64,000 nucleotides of DNA from a virus (Duplodnaviria > Caudoviricetes): positions 36,496 to 100,495 of the IMG/VR virus record IMGVR_UViG_2791355084_000002, one strand, 5' to 3'. Of the stretch, positions 49,107 to 58,325 are shown piece by piece; position 1 is the first letter of the stretch, and the number at the start of each line of letters is the position of its first letter. The notes below the pieces were generated by a model that saw only the letters and a list, made by a program, of their open reading frames with translations, was not told where the DNA came from and did no database searches. Both the position numbers and the translations under genes were made by a program.

Positions 49107-50545
49107 TGATACGACATGGTTCAAGAGTACGAGAAGTTCCTACTTCTATTTCTGCACCAGTGGTAGCCACAGCGACGCTTCCTGTTGTTTTTGGTACAGC
49201 CCCTATTCATTTGGCTGAAACCCAAGAAAACGTGAATCAGCCTGTTTTAGCCTATTCATTTGCGGAATTTGTGAAAGCATTCGGGTACTCCGATGATTGG
49301 GCAAATTACACTCTTTGCGAAATGGCGGATTTAGCATTTAGACAATTTAAAGTAGCACCAGTTGTGTTTGTAAATGTTTTAGATCCTACGAAACATAAAG
49401 CAAGCAAAACAGAATCCATAACGATTCATAATAAAAAAGTGGTCATCGAAACAACGGGCATTTTATTAAAATCGCTAGTTGTTCAAAATAATGAAACGAA
49501 ATTGAAGCATGATGAAGACTATATGGCGTCTTTCAATGAAGATGGCCAAGTTGTACTGGCAATAGTAAAGGGCAATGTAACAACGGTCAATGTCACTTAT
49601 GATTATGTAACGCCGAATGTCATTACCAACAATCATATTATCGGTGGTTATGATATTGCATCTGGAAAAAGTACAGGTTTAGAGTTGCTGAACAATGTAT
49701 TTCCTAAACTAGGGATGGTGCCAGGTCTTGTTCTTGCACCTAAGTTTTCAAAAGATCCAACGGTAGCAGCGGTGATGAAAGCAAAGTCTTCATCCATCAA
49801 TTCCTACTTCAAAGCACAGGTGTTAGATGATGTGAATACTCGTGTTGCAAATACGTATACAAAAGTGAATGAATGGAAAAACACCAACAATTATACGGGC
49901 CATAATGAAGTCGTTTGTTGGCCACTTGTTGGCATGGGCGATAAAGTGTATCACCTTTCGTCTCACATTGCTTGCCGTATTATGAAAACGGCGTATGACA
50001 ATGGGGATTTTCCACACGAATCGCCATCGAATAAATCATTACCAATGACCAAATTATTAGTAGAGAAAGACAGTGGTTATGAAGAAATCGATTTATCACC
50101 GGATCAAGCGGAGTTATTAAACAACCAAGGTATTACAACGGCTATCAATTTTATTGGTGGATGGCGTGCTTGGGGGAACTATACGGGAGCATACCCTGGT
50201 AATACGGATGTCAAAGATATTTTTACGCCTGTTCGGATTACGCACAATTGGTTAGGAAACACCATTATTTTAACAACTTGGAGTATGGTAGATGGGCCGA
50301 TTGGACCGCGTCTAATTAATAGAGTGTTAGATACGATGGGGATGTGGTTGAACGGTTTACAAGGTCAAGGGGTTTTAATTGGCGGACGCGTTGAATTTAG
50401 AAAAGAAGATAACCCTTTAACGGATTTAAATAGTGGAAAAATTCGTTTCCGGTATTTAGTGGCTGAACCGACACCAGCGCAAGATATTGATAATATTTTA
50501 GAGTTTGATGTGAATTATTATAATTCGTTGTTTATTACTGATTAG
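49103..50545 (+). CDS. Contractile tail sheath protein
   Basis: HG..V.EVPTS, GTAP, ESPSNK, LNNQGI, WGN, PTPAQDI. Confidence 0.93.
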   Translation: MMIRHGSRVREVPTSISAPVVATATLPVVFGTAPIHLAETQENVNQPVLAYSFAEFVKAFGYSDDWANYTLCEMADLAFRQFKVAPVVFVNVLDPTKHKASKTESITIHNKKVVIETTGILLKSLVVQNNETKLKHDEDYMASFNEDGQVVLAIVKGNVTTVNVTYDYVTPNVITNNHIIGGYDIASGKSTGLELLNNVFPKLGMVPGLVLAPKFSKDPTVAAVMKAKSSSINSYFKAQVLDDVNTRVANTYTKVNEWKNTNNYTGHNEVVCWPLVGMGDKVYHLSSHIACRIMKTAYDNGDFPHESPSNKSLPMTKLLVEKDSGYEEIDLSPDQAELLNNQGITTAINFIGGWRAWGNYTGAYPGNTDVKDIFTPVRITHNWLGNTIILTTWSMVDGPIGPRLINRVLDTMGMWLNGLQGQGVLIGGRVEFRKEDNPLTDLNSGKIRFRYLVAEPTPAQDIDNILEFDVNYYNSLFITD

Positions 50546-50556
50546 GGGGGACAAGC

Positions 50557-51072
50557 ATGTTTCCGGAAAAAATAAATGATTTTAGGGTTTTTGTAAATGA
50601 TAAACCTGATTTATTAGGTATTACGGATGCAGAATTACCCGAGTTAAAATTCATGGCAGAGACTGTGAACGGTGCTGGCATTTTAGGAGAATATGAGGCG
50701 CCAAACTACGGTCATTTAGAGTCGATGAAGCTTAAACTTAATTGGCGTGTTATTACAGGGGAGCTAATCGATTTTTATAAACCAGAAAGCTTAAAAATAG
50801 ACTTACGGATGTCCAATCAAATCTATGATATAAAAAAACGTTCACGCTTCAATGTACCTTCTAGAGTACTTGTGCATGGATCTGTACTAGGAAATCCATT
50901 AGGAAAAGTGGCAAAAGGCTCACCGTATGAAGCTTCCACTGAGATTGAAGTTTACTATATAAAGCTTGAGTACAATGGCAAAATGATGTTTGAATATGAT
51001 CGTCATAACTATATCTACAAAGTGGACGGCATTGATTACAGCGCAAAAATTCGAGAAGCATTAGGACTTTAA
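50557..51072 (+). CDS. Tail tube protein (P2 FII-like)
   Basis: ELPEL, GAGILGEYEAP..G, YKVDGID. Confidence 0.9.
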   Translation: MFPEKINDFRVFVNDKPDLLGITDAELPELKFMAETVNGAGILGEYEAPNYGHLESMKLKLNWRVITGELIDFYKPESLKIDLRMSNQIYDIKKRSRFNVPSRVLVHGSVLGNPLGKVAKGSPYEASTEIEVYYIKLEYNGKMMFEYDRHNYIYKVDGIDYSAKIREALGL

Positions 51073-51093
51073 TGTAAAAGGAGCAGACGATAA

Positions 51094-51426
51094 ATGAAAG
51101 ATAATGAAATAAAACAAGAAGTAGTTGTAGAAAATCCAAATTTAAAAGTTATTACATTACAAAGTCCTATCGAAATCGATGGGGCTCTTTTTAATGAAAT
51201 TAAAATGGATTTTGGAAACATGACGGGCGCTGATGTGTTGCAAATTGATACGGAATTAAAAACAGAAGATCACCCAGAAGGTTTCAATTCCGTTTACAAT
51301 CAACACGTTTTATTAAAATTAGCGTCCAAAGCTTCTGGTATTTTACCGGACGATTTAATGAAATTATCGATCGCAGACTTTATCGAAGTGACCTTTACGG
51401 CTCGTAATTTTTTGTTAGGATTGTAG
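51094..51426 (+). CDS. Tail assembly chaperone (gpE-like)
   Basis: L.SPIEIDG, MTGAD, L...DF; ends ARNFL. Confidence 0.85.
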   Translation: MKDNEIKQEVVVENPNLKVITLQSPIEIDGALFNEIKMDFGNMTGADVLQIDTELKTEDHPEGFNSVYNQHVLLKLASKASGILPDDLMKLSIADFIEVTFTARNFLLGL

Positions 51427-51590
51427 GTCCTCAGGGAGGCGCAAGAGATATAAGAAAACTACTACTAGTCATGGCCTCTAATTCCTTTACCTCCATTGAC
51501 TATTGGGCACAACAATCCTTTCTGTCACTGAAAGAGTGGAAAGAGGTACTGGAAGAAGTACTAGAGGAAGGAGCGAAAAAGGATGGCTAG
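51408..51590 (+). other. -1 frameshift site T TTT TTG and gpE'-like extension
   Basis: -1 frame reads ...MASNSFTSIDYWAQQSFLSLKEWKEV...DG* and ends overlapping the TMP start. Confidence 0.8.
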
Positions 51591-52209
51591 ATCAAGATCA
51601 TATGATATGACTTTTGAGATTAACGGGAAAGTCGCTAGCTCCTTCAACAATGTTTTTAGCAAAGCCACAACAAACCTGAATGATTTAAAAAAACGCTCAC
51701 GTGAAGCACAGCGTGAGATGGCTCGCCTCGGTCGTGAGTTCCGTAATGGCAAGATTCATCAATCACAATATGCAGAAGGTACCGCAAAATTAGCACGTGA
51801 ATTAAAACAGCTAGAAGGCAGCCAACGCCGTCTTAATGCGTTGAAAGCTACCTTTGATAGTGGCATGAATAAAGCGAAACGTGCTGCAGGTGTGGCAGCA
51901 GTTGGCTCAGTCACCGCTGCAACGGCTGTGGCTGTCTCGTCATTAAATAAAGCAGCGGATTTTGAAGCGCAGATGGCCAAAGTATCTGCAGTGTCTAGTG
52001 CAACCGCAACGGATTTTGCAAGACTGAATGAAGAAGCACAAAAGCTTGGGAAGTCAACGGTGTTTTCTCCTACGGAAGCGGCGAAAGGAATGGAATACCT
52101 TGCACTGGCGGGTTGGAAAACAGATGAAATTATATCAGCGATGCTCGGTATGCTAAATCTTGCTGCAGCTGGAGCCCTTGATTTAGGGAGAGCTGCAGAT
52201 ATTACGAGT
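51583..52209 (+). CDS. Tape measure protein, exon 1
   Basis: TP901-type TMP motifs FEAQM..V.A, T.FS..EAA.GM.YLALAG, LNLAAAG...AADITS. Confidence 0.92.
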
Positions 52210-53540
52210 GAAAAAATTGCTCGGTTGCGGAGAAATCCGCAACATAAAACAGTGGGTGAATTCAGGGGAAACCTAAGTCATAATATTATTGACGCAATGC
52301 TAGCATTTGCTTTTATAATTGTTTTGAGGTGAGACAAATGCCTGCTAGAAAATGGAGTGTAGAAACAAATGAGAAGCATAGGAAAGCAAATGAAAAGAAA
52401 TTTATTAAACTTATGGAAGAAGCTGTTGGTGACGAATACACCTTATTGAGCCCATATGTAAGGTCGGGAGTAAAGGTTAAGCTAAGACACAATTTATGCA
52501 GTACTGAATATGAAGTTAGACCTAATGACTTCCAACAAGGAAAAAGATGTCCTGTTTGCGCACGATACTTGATGGGAGCACCAAGAAGGAAAAATAAAGA
52601 ACAATTCATTGAGGAAGTTAGAGAGAAATTCGGAAATGAATATTAGGTTCTAGGTGATTATAAGAATAATAAAATTAAAATTGAAGTAAAGCATAAAGTA
52701 TGTGGAAATATATACTTGGTATCTCCTTCAAATTTGTTGAGAGGAAGGAAATGTCCCAAATGCTCACACAAAGGAAAACTATTAAAATTAAGATGGTCTA
52801 ACGACGAATTTGAAAATTTAGTTTATGAAATAGTAGGAGATGAATATACTTTTTTAGAGGAATATGTTAATACAGCAACGTCTATTAAAATTAGACACAA
52901 TGTGTGTAATCATATATATAAAACTACTCCAGGAAACTTCATACATCAGGGTAAAAGGTGTCCTAAATGCAAGTTTAGCCGAGGTGAAGAACGGATAGAG
53001 ACCTATTTAATTAGTAAAGGATTACAATACGAGGCTCAATATAGAATAGAAAAATGCAAGAATGAGTTTCCACTTCCCTTTGATTTTGCTATTTTTGAAA
53101 ATAATAAATTAAAGTTGTTGATAGAATATGATGGGGAATTTCACTTTTATAAAAAATTCCGAACAGACCAACAGTTTAAACTCCAAAAGAAGAGAGATAA
53201 AATAAAAAATGACTTTTGTATTGAAAATAAAATAATGTTATTAAGAATTCCGTATTGGGAATTTGAAAATATCGAAAAAATATTAGACAAGGAGTTGTAG
53301 CCTTGTCTTTTTATTATGATATGGCAACCCTGAGCCAAGTCGTTTGGAAACAAACGGAAGGTGCAACGACTAGGTGAAGTAACCTAACCCTTTTGGTATG
53401 GTGAAACGCCCAAGAGCGCCCACCACCTAAACAAGTAAAGTTGTAGGTGAAGATATAGTCTGAGCCGAGGATGAAATGACATCCTATTATGTGGCGAAAG
53501 CCCCGGAAGTAAGGATAAAGAGCCTTACGATAACAAACTG
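52210..53540 (+). ncRNA. Group I intron (IA-like) in the tape measure gene
   Basis: Exon ends in U, intron ends in G; P1 CGAGU/GCUCG with U-G pair; P2 GAAA hairpin; P3 gtgggtg/cgcccac; P4 ttcagg/cctgag; P7 gacta/tagtc; splicing restores AADITS-DTMQAFG. Confidence 0.93.
52338..53300 (+). pseudogene. Intron-encoded homing endonuclease (three Zn-binding repeats plus Vsr/DUF559-like nuclease) with in-frame TAG at 52644-52646
   Basis: The two track ORFs share a frame; H..C...G.(R/K)CP.C x3; SRGE, FDF, IEYDGEFH, RD..K, LLRIPYW. Confidence 0.85.
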
Positions 53541-55700
53541 GATACAATGCAAGCATTTGGACTAAGCGCGGATAAAGCAGGACATGCTGCGGACGTCTTT
53601 GCTTACGCCCAAGCGAATGCTAACACAAATGTAGAGATGCTCGGTGAAGGGATGAAATATCTCGCACCAGTAGCCAATACTTTTAAATGGTCGTTAGAAG
53701 GTACTACGGCTGGGATGATGGCACTTGCTAACCAAGGCCTGAAAGGTTCCATTGCTGGTCAAGCATTTGCTTCATCTTTAAGTAGATTATCAAAGGATAA
53801 TGCAAGTGTGCAAAAAGTTATGAAGAAAACTAATATAGCATTCTTTGACGCGCAGGGAACCCTTAAACCACTCCCGAAACTAATTAAGGAAATTGAAAAG
53901 GGTACGGCTGGCATGACGGACAAACAAAAATCAGCCACGCTCACTACGCTGTTCGGAACAGAAGCTGTTAAGCATTGGTCTATTCTACTTTCGACTGGTT
54001 CGGATGAACTTGAGCGAATGACGGCTGCCTTAGAGAAGTCAGAGGGAACCGCTGCAAAAATGTCTGCAACAATGGTCGATAATTATGCAGGGTCTCTTAA
54101 GCTTTTGCAAAGTAATATCGAGGCTGCCCAGATCAAGTTTATGGAGCCCGTTTTACCAGTTTTCCAAAAGTTTTTTGGTGGGATAGCAGGAAATATAGAT
54201 AATAACATGAGCAAAATTGAAAAAGCCGGGGAAGTGACTGCAAAAATCCTTGAAGACATTATTGCCCCATTTAGCACAACAAAACCTATCAAACCAAAAA
54301 TCGAACCGCACATGACTCCAGCTGATGCCCAAAAGATGATAAATCAATACAATCGAGAATTAGAGAAATATGAATTGTTTAGTAACATGGATTTTGGCGA
54401 TAAAGTCATTTATATGTTAGATACGGCTACTGCTAAAGCGGAGGAGTGGCTAGGTGGTAGCGGTGGACAAGCAATGGAAAAAATCTTCTCTAAACTTGGA
54501 GAAATAGCAGTTAAAGCATTTTTCGGAGCATTTACAGGTTCTTTAAAAGCAGCCGGTAGTAATGCATTAAATGGCAATTTCGCAGGCGCACTTGGCATGG
54601 GTGCTGCAGCTTGGATGCTTGGTGGCGGCACACTTGTGAAAGGGGCTATCGGTGCAGGTCGATGGGCAATGGAGAAACGAGGCGGGAAAGGAGCAAGGAA
54701 AGATTCCGCATCTTCTCAAGATAATACAAGTGTTGAAACTGCATCCACAAAAGCAAAAGGAAAAAAATCAAAGTCAAAAAGAACCAAGGGAGCAACGCAA
54801 GCAGCCACTGCAGCTTTATGTGAAGTCACAACAGCGCCAACGAGCTCAAAAGAAAAGAAATCGAAAACTAAAGGAACAAACAAAGGTGCAGCGAAAGTAG
54901 CACCTAATGCTAGTCAAGCGTCTGCTTTATCTCAAATTTTTAACACAGGGAAACATGTCGTGAAAGGTGGAGGCAAGGGGATAACGACTGTTGCGAAAGG
55001 GATTGGTAAAGGCTTTGCACCAATCGGTTTAGCAATGGGTGTTCATGACATTTTTAAATCAAAAGATAAAGTCAAAGCGACGGCACAAACAACCGGTGGA
55101 TTTGCAGGTGGCCTTGGTGGTGCAAAACTAGGAGCTGCTATCGGAACAGCTATTGCACCGGGAATCGGTACAACCCTTGGCCTTCTGTTAGGTGGAGCCG
55201 CTGGCTATATTGGTGGGAAATGGGCAGGTGGTAAAGCGGTAGATACAGCACGTGGAGGACAACGAGCTGCAAGTCAAGCACCATCTGATAAAGGACGTAC
55301 TGAGGCAACCAAATCCGTGGATACTACAAAATTAAATGCAGCTGCGACACAACTTGCGACTACGTTTGAGACGACGAATACAGCATTCACAAAACTAGAA
55401 ACAAGTATTAATACGACTGCTACTAATATGGACAATTTAACGAAGTATACAGGACAAGTCAGTACGGATTTTGTTATGTCCTTTGCTTCATTAAAAGCAA
55501 CAACCGATTTATCCAATACAAATATGTCAACGTTAGCATCAACCATCGGACAAGCAACGGGGTGGGTTTCATCCATCCAAGGCATTCAACCTGCTGTTCA
55601 CCATGTGATTGTTGCATTAAATCGACTTCGCACACGTATTGACAACATGCAGATTCAAGGTGCTGGCGGCGTTACATCAAGGAGGACGCAATATGAATAG
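53541..55700 (+). CDS. Tape measure protein, exon 2 (spliced product 928 aa)
   Basis: AADVFA, ANTNVEMLGE.MKY.AP, G.KGS.AG motifs; Gly-rich GAAIGTAIAPGIGT. Confidence 0.92.
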   Translation, partial: DTMQAFGLSADKAGHAADVFAYAQANANTNVEMLGEGMKYLAPVANTFKWSLEGTTAGMMALANQGLKGSIAGQAFASSLSRLSKDNASVQKVMKKTNIAFFDAQGTLKPLPKLIKEIEKGTAGMTDKQKSATLTTLFGTEAVKHWSILLSTGSDELERMTAALEKSEGTAAKMSATMVDNYAGSLKLLQSNIEAAQIKFMEPVLPVFQKFFGGIAGNIDNNMSKIEKAGEVTAKILEDIIAPFSTTKPIKPKIEPHMTPADAQKMINQYNRELEKYELFSNMDFGDKVIYMLDTATAKAEEWLGGSGGQAMEKIFSKLGEIAVKAFFGAFTGSLKAAGSNALNGNFAGALGMGAAAWMLGGGTLVKGAIGAGRWAMEKRGGKGARKDSASSQDNTSVETASTKAKGKKSKSKRTKGATQAATAALCEVTTAPTSSKEKKSKTKGTNKGAAKVAPNASQASALSQIFNTGKHVVKGGGKGITTVAKGIGKGFAPIGLAMGVHDIFKSKDKVKATAQTTGGFAGGLGGAKLGAAIGTAIAPGIGTTLGLLLGGAAGYIGGKWAGGKAVDTARGGQRAASQAPSDKGRTEATKSVDTTKLNAAATQLATTFETTNTAFTKLETSINTTATNMDNLTKYTGQVSTDFVMSFASLKATTDLSNTNMSTLASTIGQATGWVSSIQGIQPAVHHVIVALNRLRTRIDNMQIQGAGGVTSRRTQYE

Positions 55701-55908
55701 CTATACAACGATTCAGGGAGATACGTGGGATTTAATTGCCTATCGGTTATGGGGGAGCGAGTATTTGCTCCCTCTTTTACTTGAAGCAAATCCAAAGCAT
55801 CGTGACACAATTATTTTTACGGGTGATGTTGTTTTAAACGTTCCAATCATCGATACAGCGATTTATTCACAACGCCCTGCATGGCTTGGGGAGCACGATG
55901 ATGTATGA
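55693..55908 (+). CDS. Tail protein X (LysM-like)
   Basis: YTTIQGDTWDLIAY..WG.E...LLEANP. Confidence 0.9.
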   Translation: MNSYTTIQGDTWDLIAYRLWGSEYLLPLLLEANPKHRDTIIFTGDVVLNVPIIDTAIYSQRPAWLGEHDDV

Positions 55909-56924
55909 CGATGGCAAGACGAACAGAGTTAAATGTAACCTACAATAATACGCGTTTGACCGATGAACTGGGAGACGATTTATTAGATTGGACGTATACC
56001 GACAATTTAAGTGGAGAGATCGATGATTTACAGCTTGTTTTACAGGATGCAGATGTGCATTGGTTAAATGACTGGTTCCCATCGAAAGGTTCCCTGATAG
56101 AAGCTGAAATTGCAAAAACTCATTGGTCAGATCGCGTTGTAAAAACGAAGCTAGGAAAGTTTGAGGTAGATGAATTAATTGGTGATGGACCACCAACAAA
56201 CATGACGATTAAGGCGTTAGCTGTTCCCGGATCCAATTCCATCCGAGGTGAATACAAATCGAAAGCATGGGAAAATGCGACATTAAAACAAGTAGTACAA
56301 GATATTGTGAAAGCCAATCGTTTAAAGCTTTTTTGGGAAACAACCGAAAATCCTAAAAAAGATCGCTATGAGCAAGAATCTGAAACAGATTTAGCTTTTT
56401 TGCATCGATTATGTAAAGAAGAAGGGTTATGTCTTAAATTATCCAATAGCGCCATTGTCGTTTTAGATGAGGCGGATTATGAGGCAAAACCTGTAGTCGA
56501 TACAATACTGCGTGTGAGTAAAGAAACGTCTAACATTCAAGTACTTCATTGGCGATTCAATACAACACTTACGGGGACATATAAGGCTTGCCGAGTACAG
56601 TCACATGATGCTGGAAAAAAGAAGACGATAAAGGCAACATTCACACCTCCAAAGGCGCCAAAAGTTGGCCGTACATTAGTTGTGAAGGAAGAGGTTAAAT
56701 CGGTGGCAGAAGCTCACAAACTGGCGAAAAAACGATTGAGAGAAGCGAATAAAGATGCTACAACGATTCAATTAGTAGTTATCAGTGAAATGCATATCGA
56801 TGCGGGCATGACGTTTGATGTAATTGGTTTTGGCCGTTTGAACGGCAAATATATCGTAACGAGGGTACAACATCACAAAAGCAAAATAACACTCGATTTG
56901 CGTAAATGTTTGGAGGGATATTGA
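55905..56924 (+). CDS. Baseplate hub/late control gpD-like protein
   Basis: YTDNLSGEIDDL, GKFEVDE, QESETDLAFL.RLC, GKYIV. Confidence 0.9.
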   Translation: MTMARRTELNVTYNNTRLTDELGDDLLDWTYTDNLSGEIDDLQLVLQDADVHWLNDWFPSKGSLIEAEIAKTHWSDRVVKTKLGKFEVDELIGDGPPTNMTIKALAVPGSNSIRGEYKSKAWENATLKQVVQDIVKANRLKLFWETTENPKKDRYEQESETDLAFLHRLCKEEGLCLKLSNSAIVVLDEADYEAKPVVDTILRVSKETSNIQVLHWRFNTTLTGTYKACRVQSHDAGKKKTIKATFTPPKAPKVGRTLVVKEEVKSVAEAHKLAKKRLREANKDATTIQLVVISEMHIDAGMTFDVIGFGRLNGKYIVTRVQHHKSKITLDLRKCLEGY

Positions 56925-57331
56925 TGCGGGCGCAAGTTGGCGAAGTCACAACCATTGATCCAACAAAGGGAACAGCACGGGTCAAAATTGAAGAGCAAGA
57001 CAACAAAATATCAGCTCCTTTGCGTGTGTTATATCGCGGGACATTAAAAAATAAGGATTTCTGGATGCCGAAGATTGGTGAACATGTACTTTGTTTGTTT
57101 ACAAAACAAAGTGAAGGCTTTATTATAGGGGCTTTTTATTCAGGAGGCACACAGCCACCCTGTAGCGAACCAGAGAAACGATGCATCGAGTTCGAAGATG
57201 GTAGTTTGATTGATTATGACGCTAAGACACATACATTACATGTCAATATAGTTGGTGAAATCAATATCCAAACAAAAGGGTCTGTTACAGTAAATGGCCA
57301 ATTACTTTCACCATTTGGTAGTACTTCATAA
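56924..57331 (+). CDS. Baseplate spike gpV-like protein
   Basis: MPKIGEHVLCLF...GFIIGA, FEDGS.IDYD. Confidence 0.88.
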   Translation: MRAQVGEVTTIDPTKGTARVKIEEQDNKISAPLRVLYRGTLKNKDFWMPKIGEHVLCLFTKQSEGFIIGAFYSGGTQPPCSEPEKRCIEFEDGSLIDYDAKTHTLHVNIVGEINIQTKGSVTVNGQLLSPFGSTS

Positions 57332-57346
57332 AGGAAGGGATTCGAA

Positions 57347-58003
57347 ATTGCGACAATCGGTAGCTTTGGCGATGTACTCTTTGAAGTATCCACGGATAAA
57401 ACCCTGACATTTTACGATCTAGAGAAAAAAAGCAGTGCCAAGTGGGAAGAGCACGATATTCAAGGCAACAAGACGAAATTAGAGTTTAATGGACCGGGGC
57501 TAACGGATATTACGTACAACCTTTTATTGCGTGCTGACCCAGGCATTAACCCTGTGAAAGAACTAGCGAAGTTAGAGAACATGCAACATAAAGGTGAAGC
57601 ACATCACTTTATCTTAGGACAAAAACCAATCGCACCAAATAAATTTGTAATATCGGAGTTATCGACAGGCTTACGAAATATAGATCCAACAGGAAATGTC
57701 TTATCTGCAGAAGTAATGGTTTCTTTAAAAGAGTATGTGCAAAGCAAAACGGTTGTTAAAAAAACAACAGCAAACACGCAACAAAAAGCAGTTACCAGAA
57801 ATAAAAAAGCACTCGGAACGATGACGATTACGGTGAAATCAGTCCATATACGAAGTGGCCCAGGTATCCAGCATAAGGTGCTAGGGTATGCCATTAAAAA
57901 TCAGCAATTGACTGTTTACGGTGTGAATAATGGTTGGTATAGCCTTGGTGGGGGCAAATATATTACAGCGAATAACGCTTACTCAACGTTTAAGAAAGGG
58001 TGA
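57347..58003 (+). CDS. gpU-like tail protein fused to an SH3b domain; ATT start
   Basis: IGSFGDVLFEVS...LEFNGPG lies in frame upstream of the track ORF; VHIRSGPG...NGWY SH3b motif. Confidence 0.8.
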   Translation: MATIGSFGDVLFEVSTDKTLTFYDLEKKSSAKWEEHDIQGNKTKLEFNGPGLTDITYNLLLRADPGINPVKELAKLENMQHKGEAHHFILGQKPIAPNKFVISELSTGLRNIDPTGNVLSAEVMVSLKEYVQSKTVVKKTTANTQQKAVTRNKKALGTMTITVKSVHIRSGPGIQHKVLGYAIKNQQLTVYGVNNGWYSLGGGKYITANNAYSTFKKG

Positions 58004-58007
58004 TGAG

Positions 58008-58325
58008 ATGTACGAAGTTGAGCCGACAGAACCAATGAAAACAATCAATTTTGGAGCGACAGGTGTAGAGGAGATTCTACAGAATGTCGCTTTTATTATG
58101 GCCACAGCTAGTATGAGTTGCCCACTGGACCGTGAGTTTGGGTGGGATAAGACGGTAATCGATACGCCTATTCCGCTTGCAAAAGCAAGAATAGTCGCCA
58201 ATTTAACCGAAGCGATTCACAAATTTGAACCACGAGCAATCGTTGTAGCTGTAGATGTACTAGGAGATGGTCTTCAAGGACGGTTAACGCCAAAAGTGCA
58301 GGTGAGCATTCGTGAGTCGTTTTAA
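58008..58325 (+). CDS. gpW/gp25-like baseplate protein
   Basis: EILQNV, PLDREFG, FEPRA. Confidence 0.88.
   Translation: MYEVEPTEPMKTINFGATGVEEILQNVAFIMATASMSCPLDREFGWDKTVIDTPIPLAKARIVANLTEAIHKFEPRAIVVAVDVLGDGLQGRLTPKVQVSIRESF

Noticed and set aside
67-52646. Stop-codon reassignment suggested by in-frame stops at 67 (TAG), 10525 (TGA) and 52644 (TAG)
   Set aside because: TAG and TGA end many intact, tightly packed genes (e.g. 4213, 11484, 43023, 35352), and long genes have no internal stops; isolated mutations are more likely
51583-55700. TMP as a broken pseudogene or two separate genes
   Set aside because: Group I intron structure and exact in-frame exon joining explain the split; the track ORF tail EKIARLRR... 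is intron sequence
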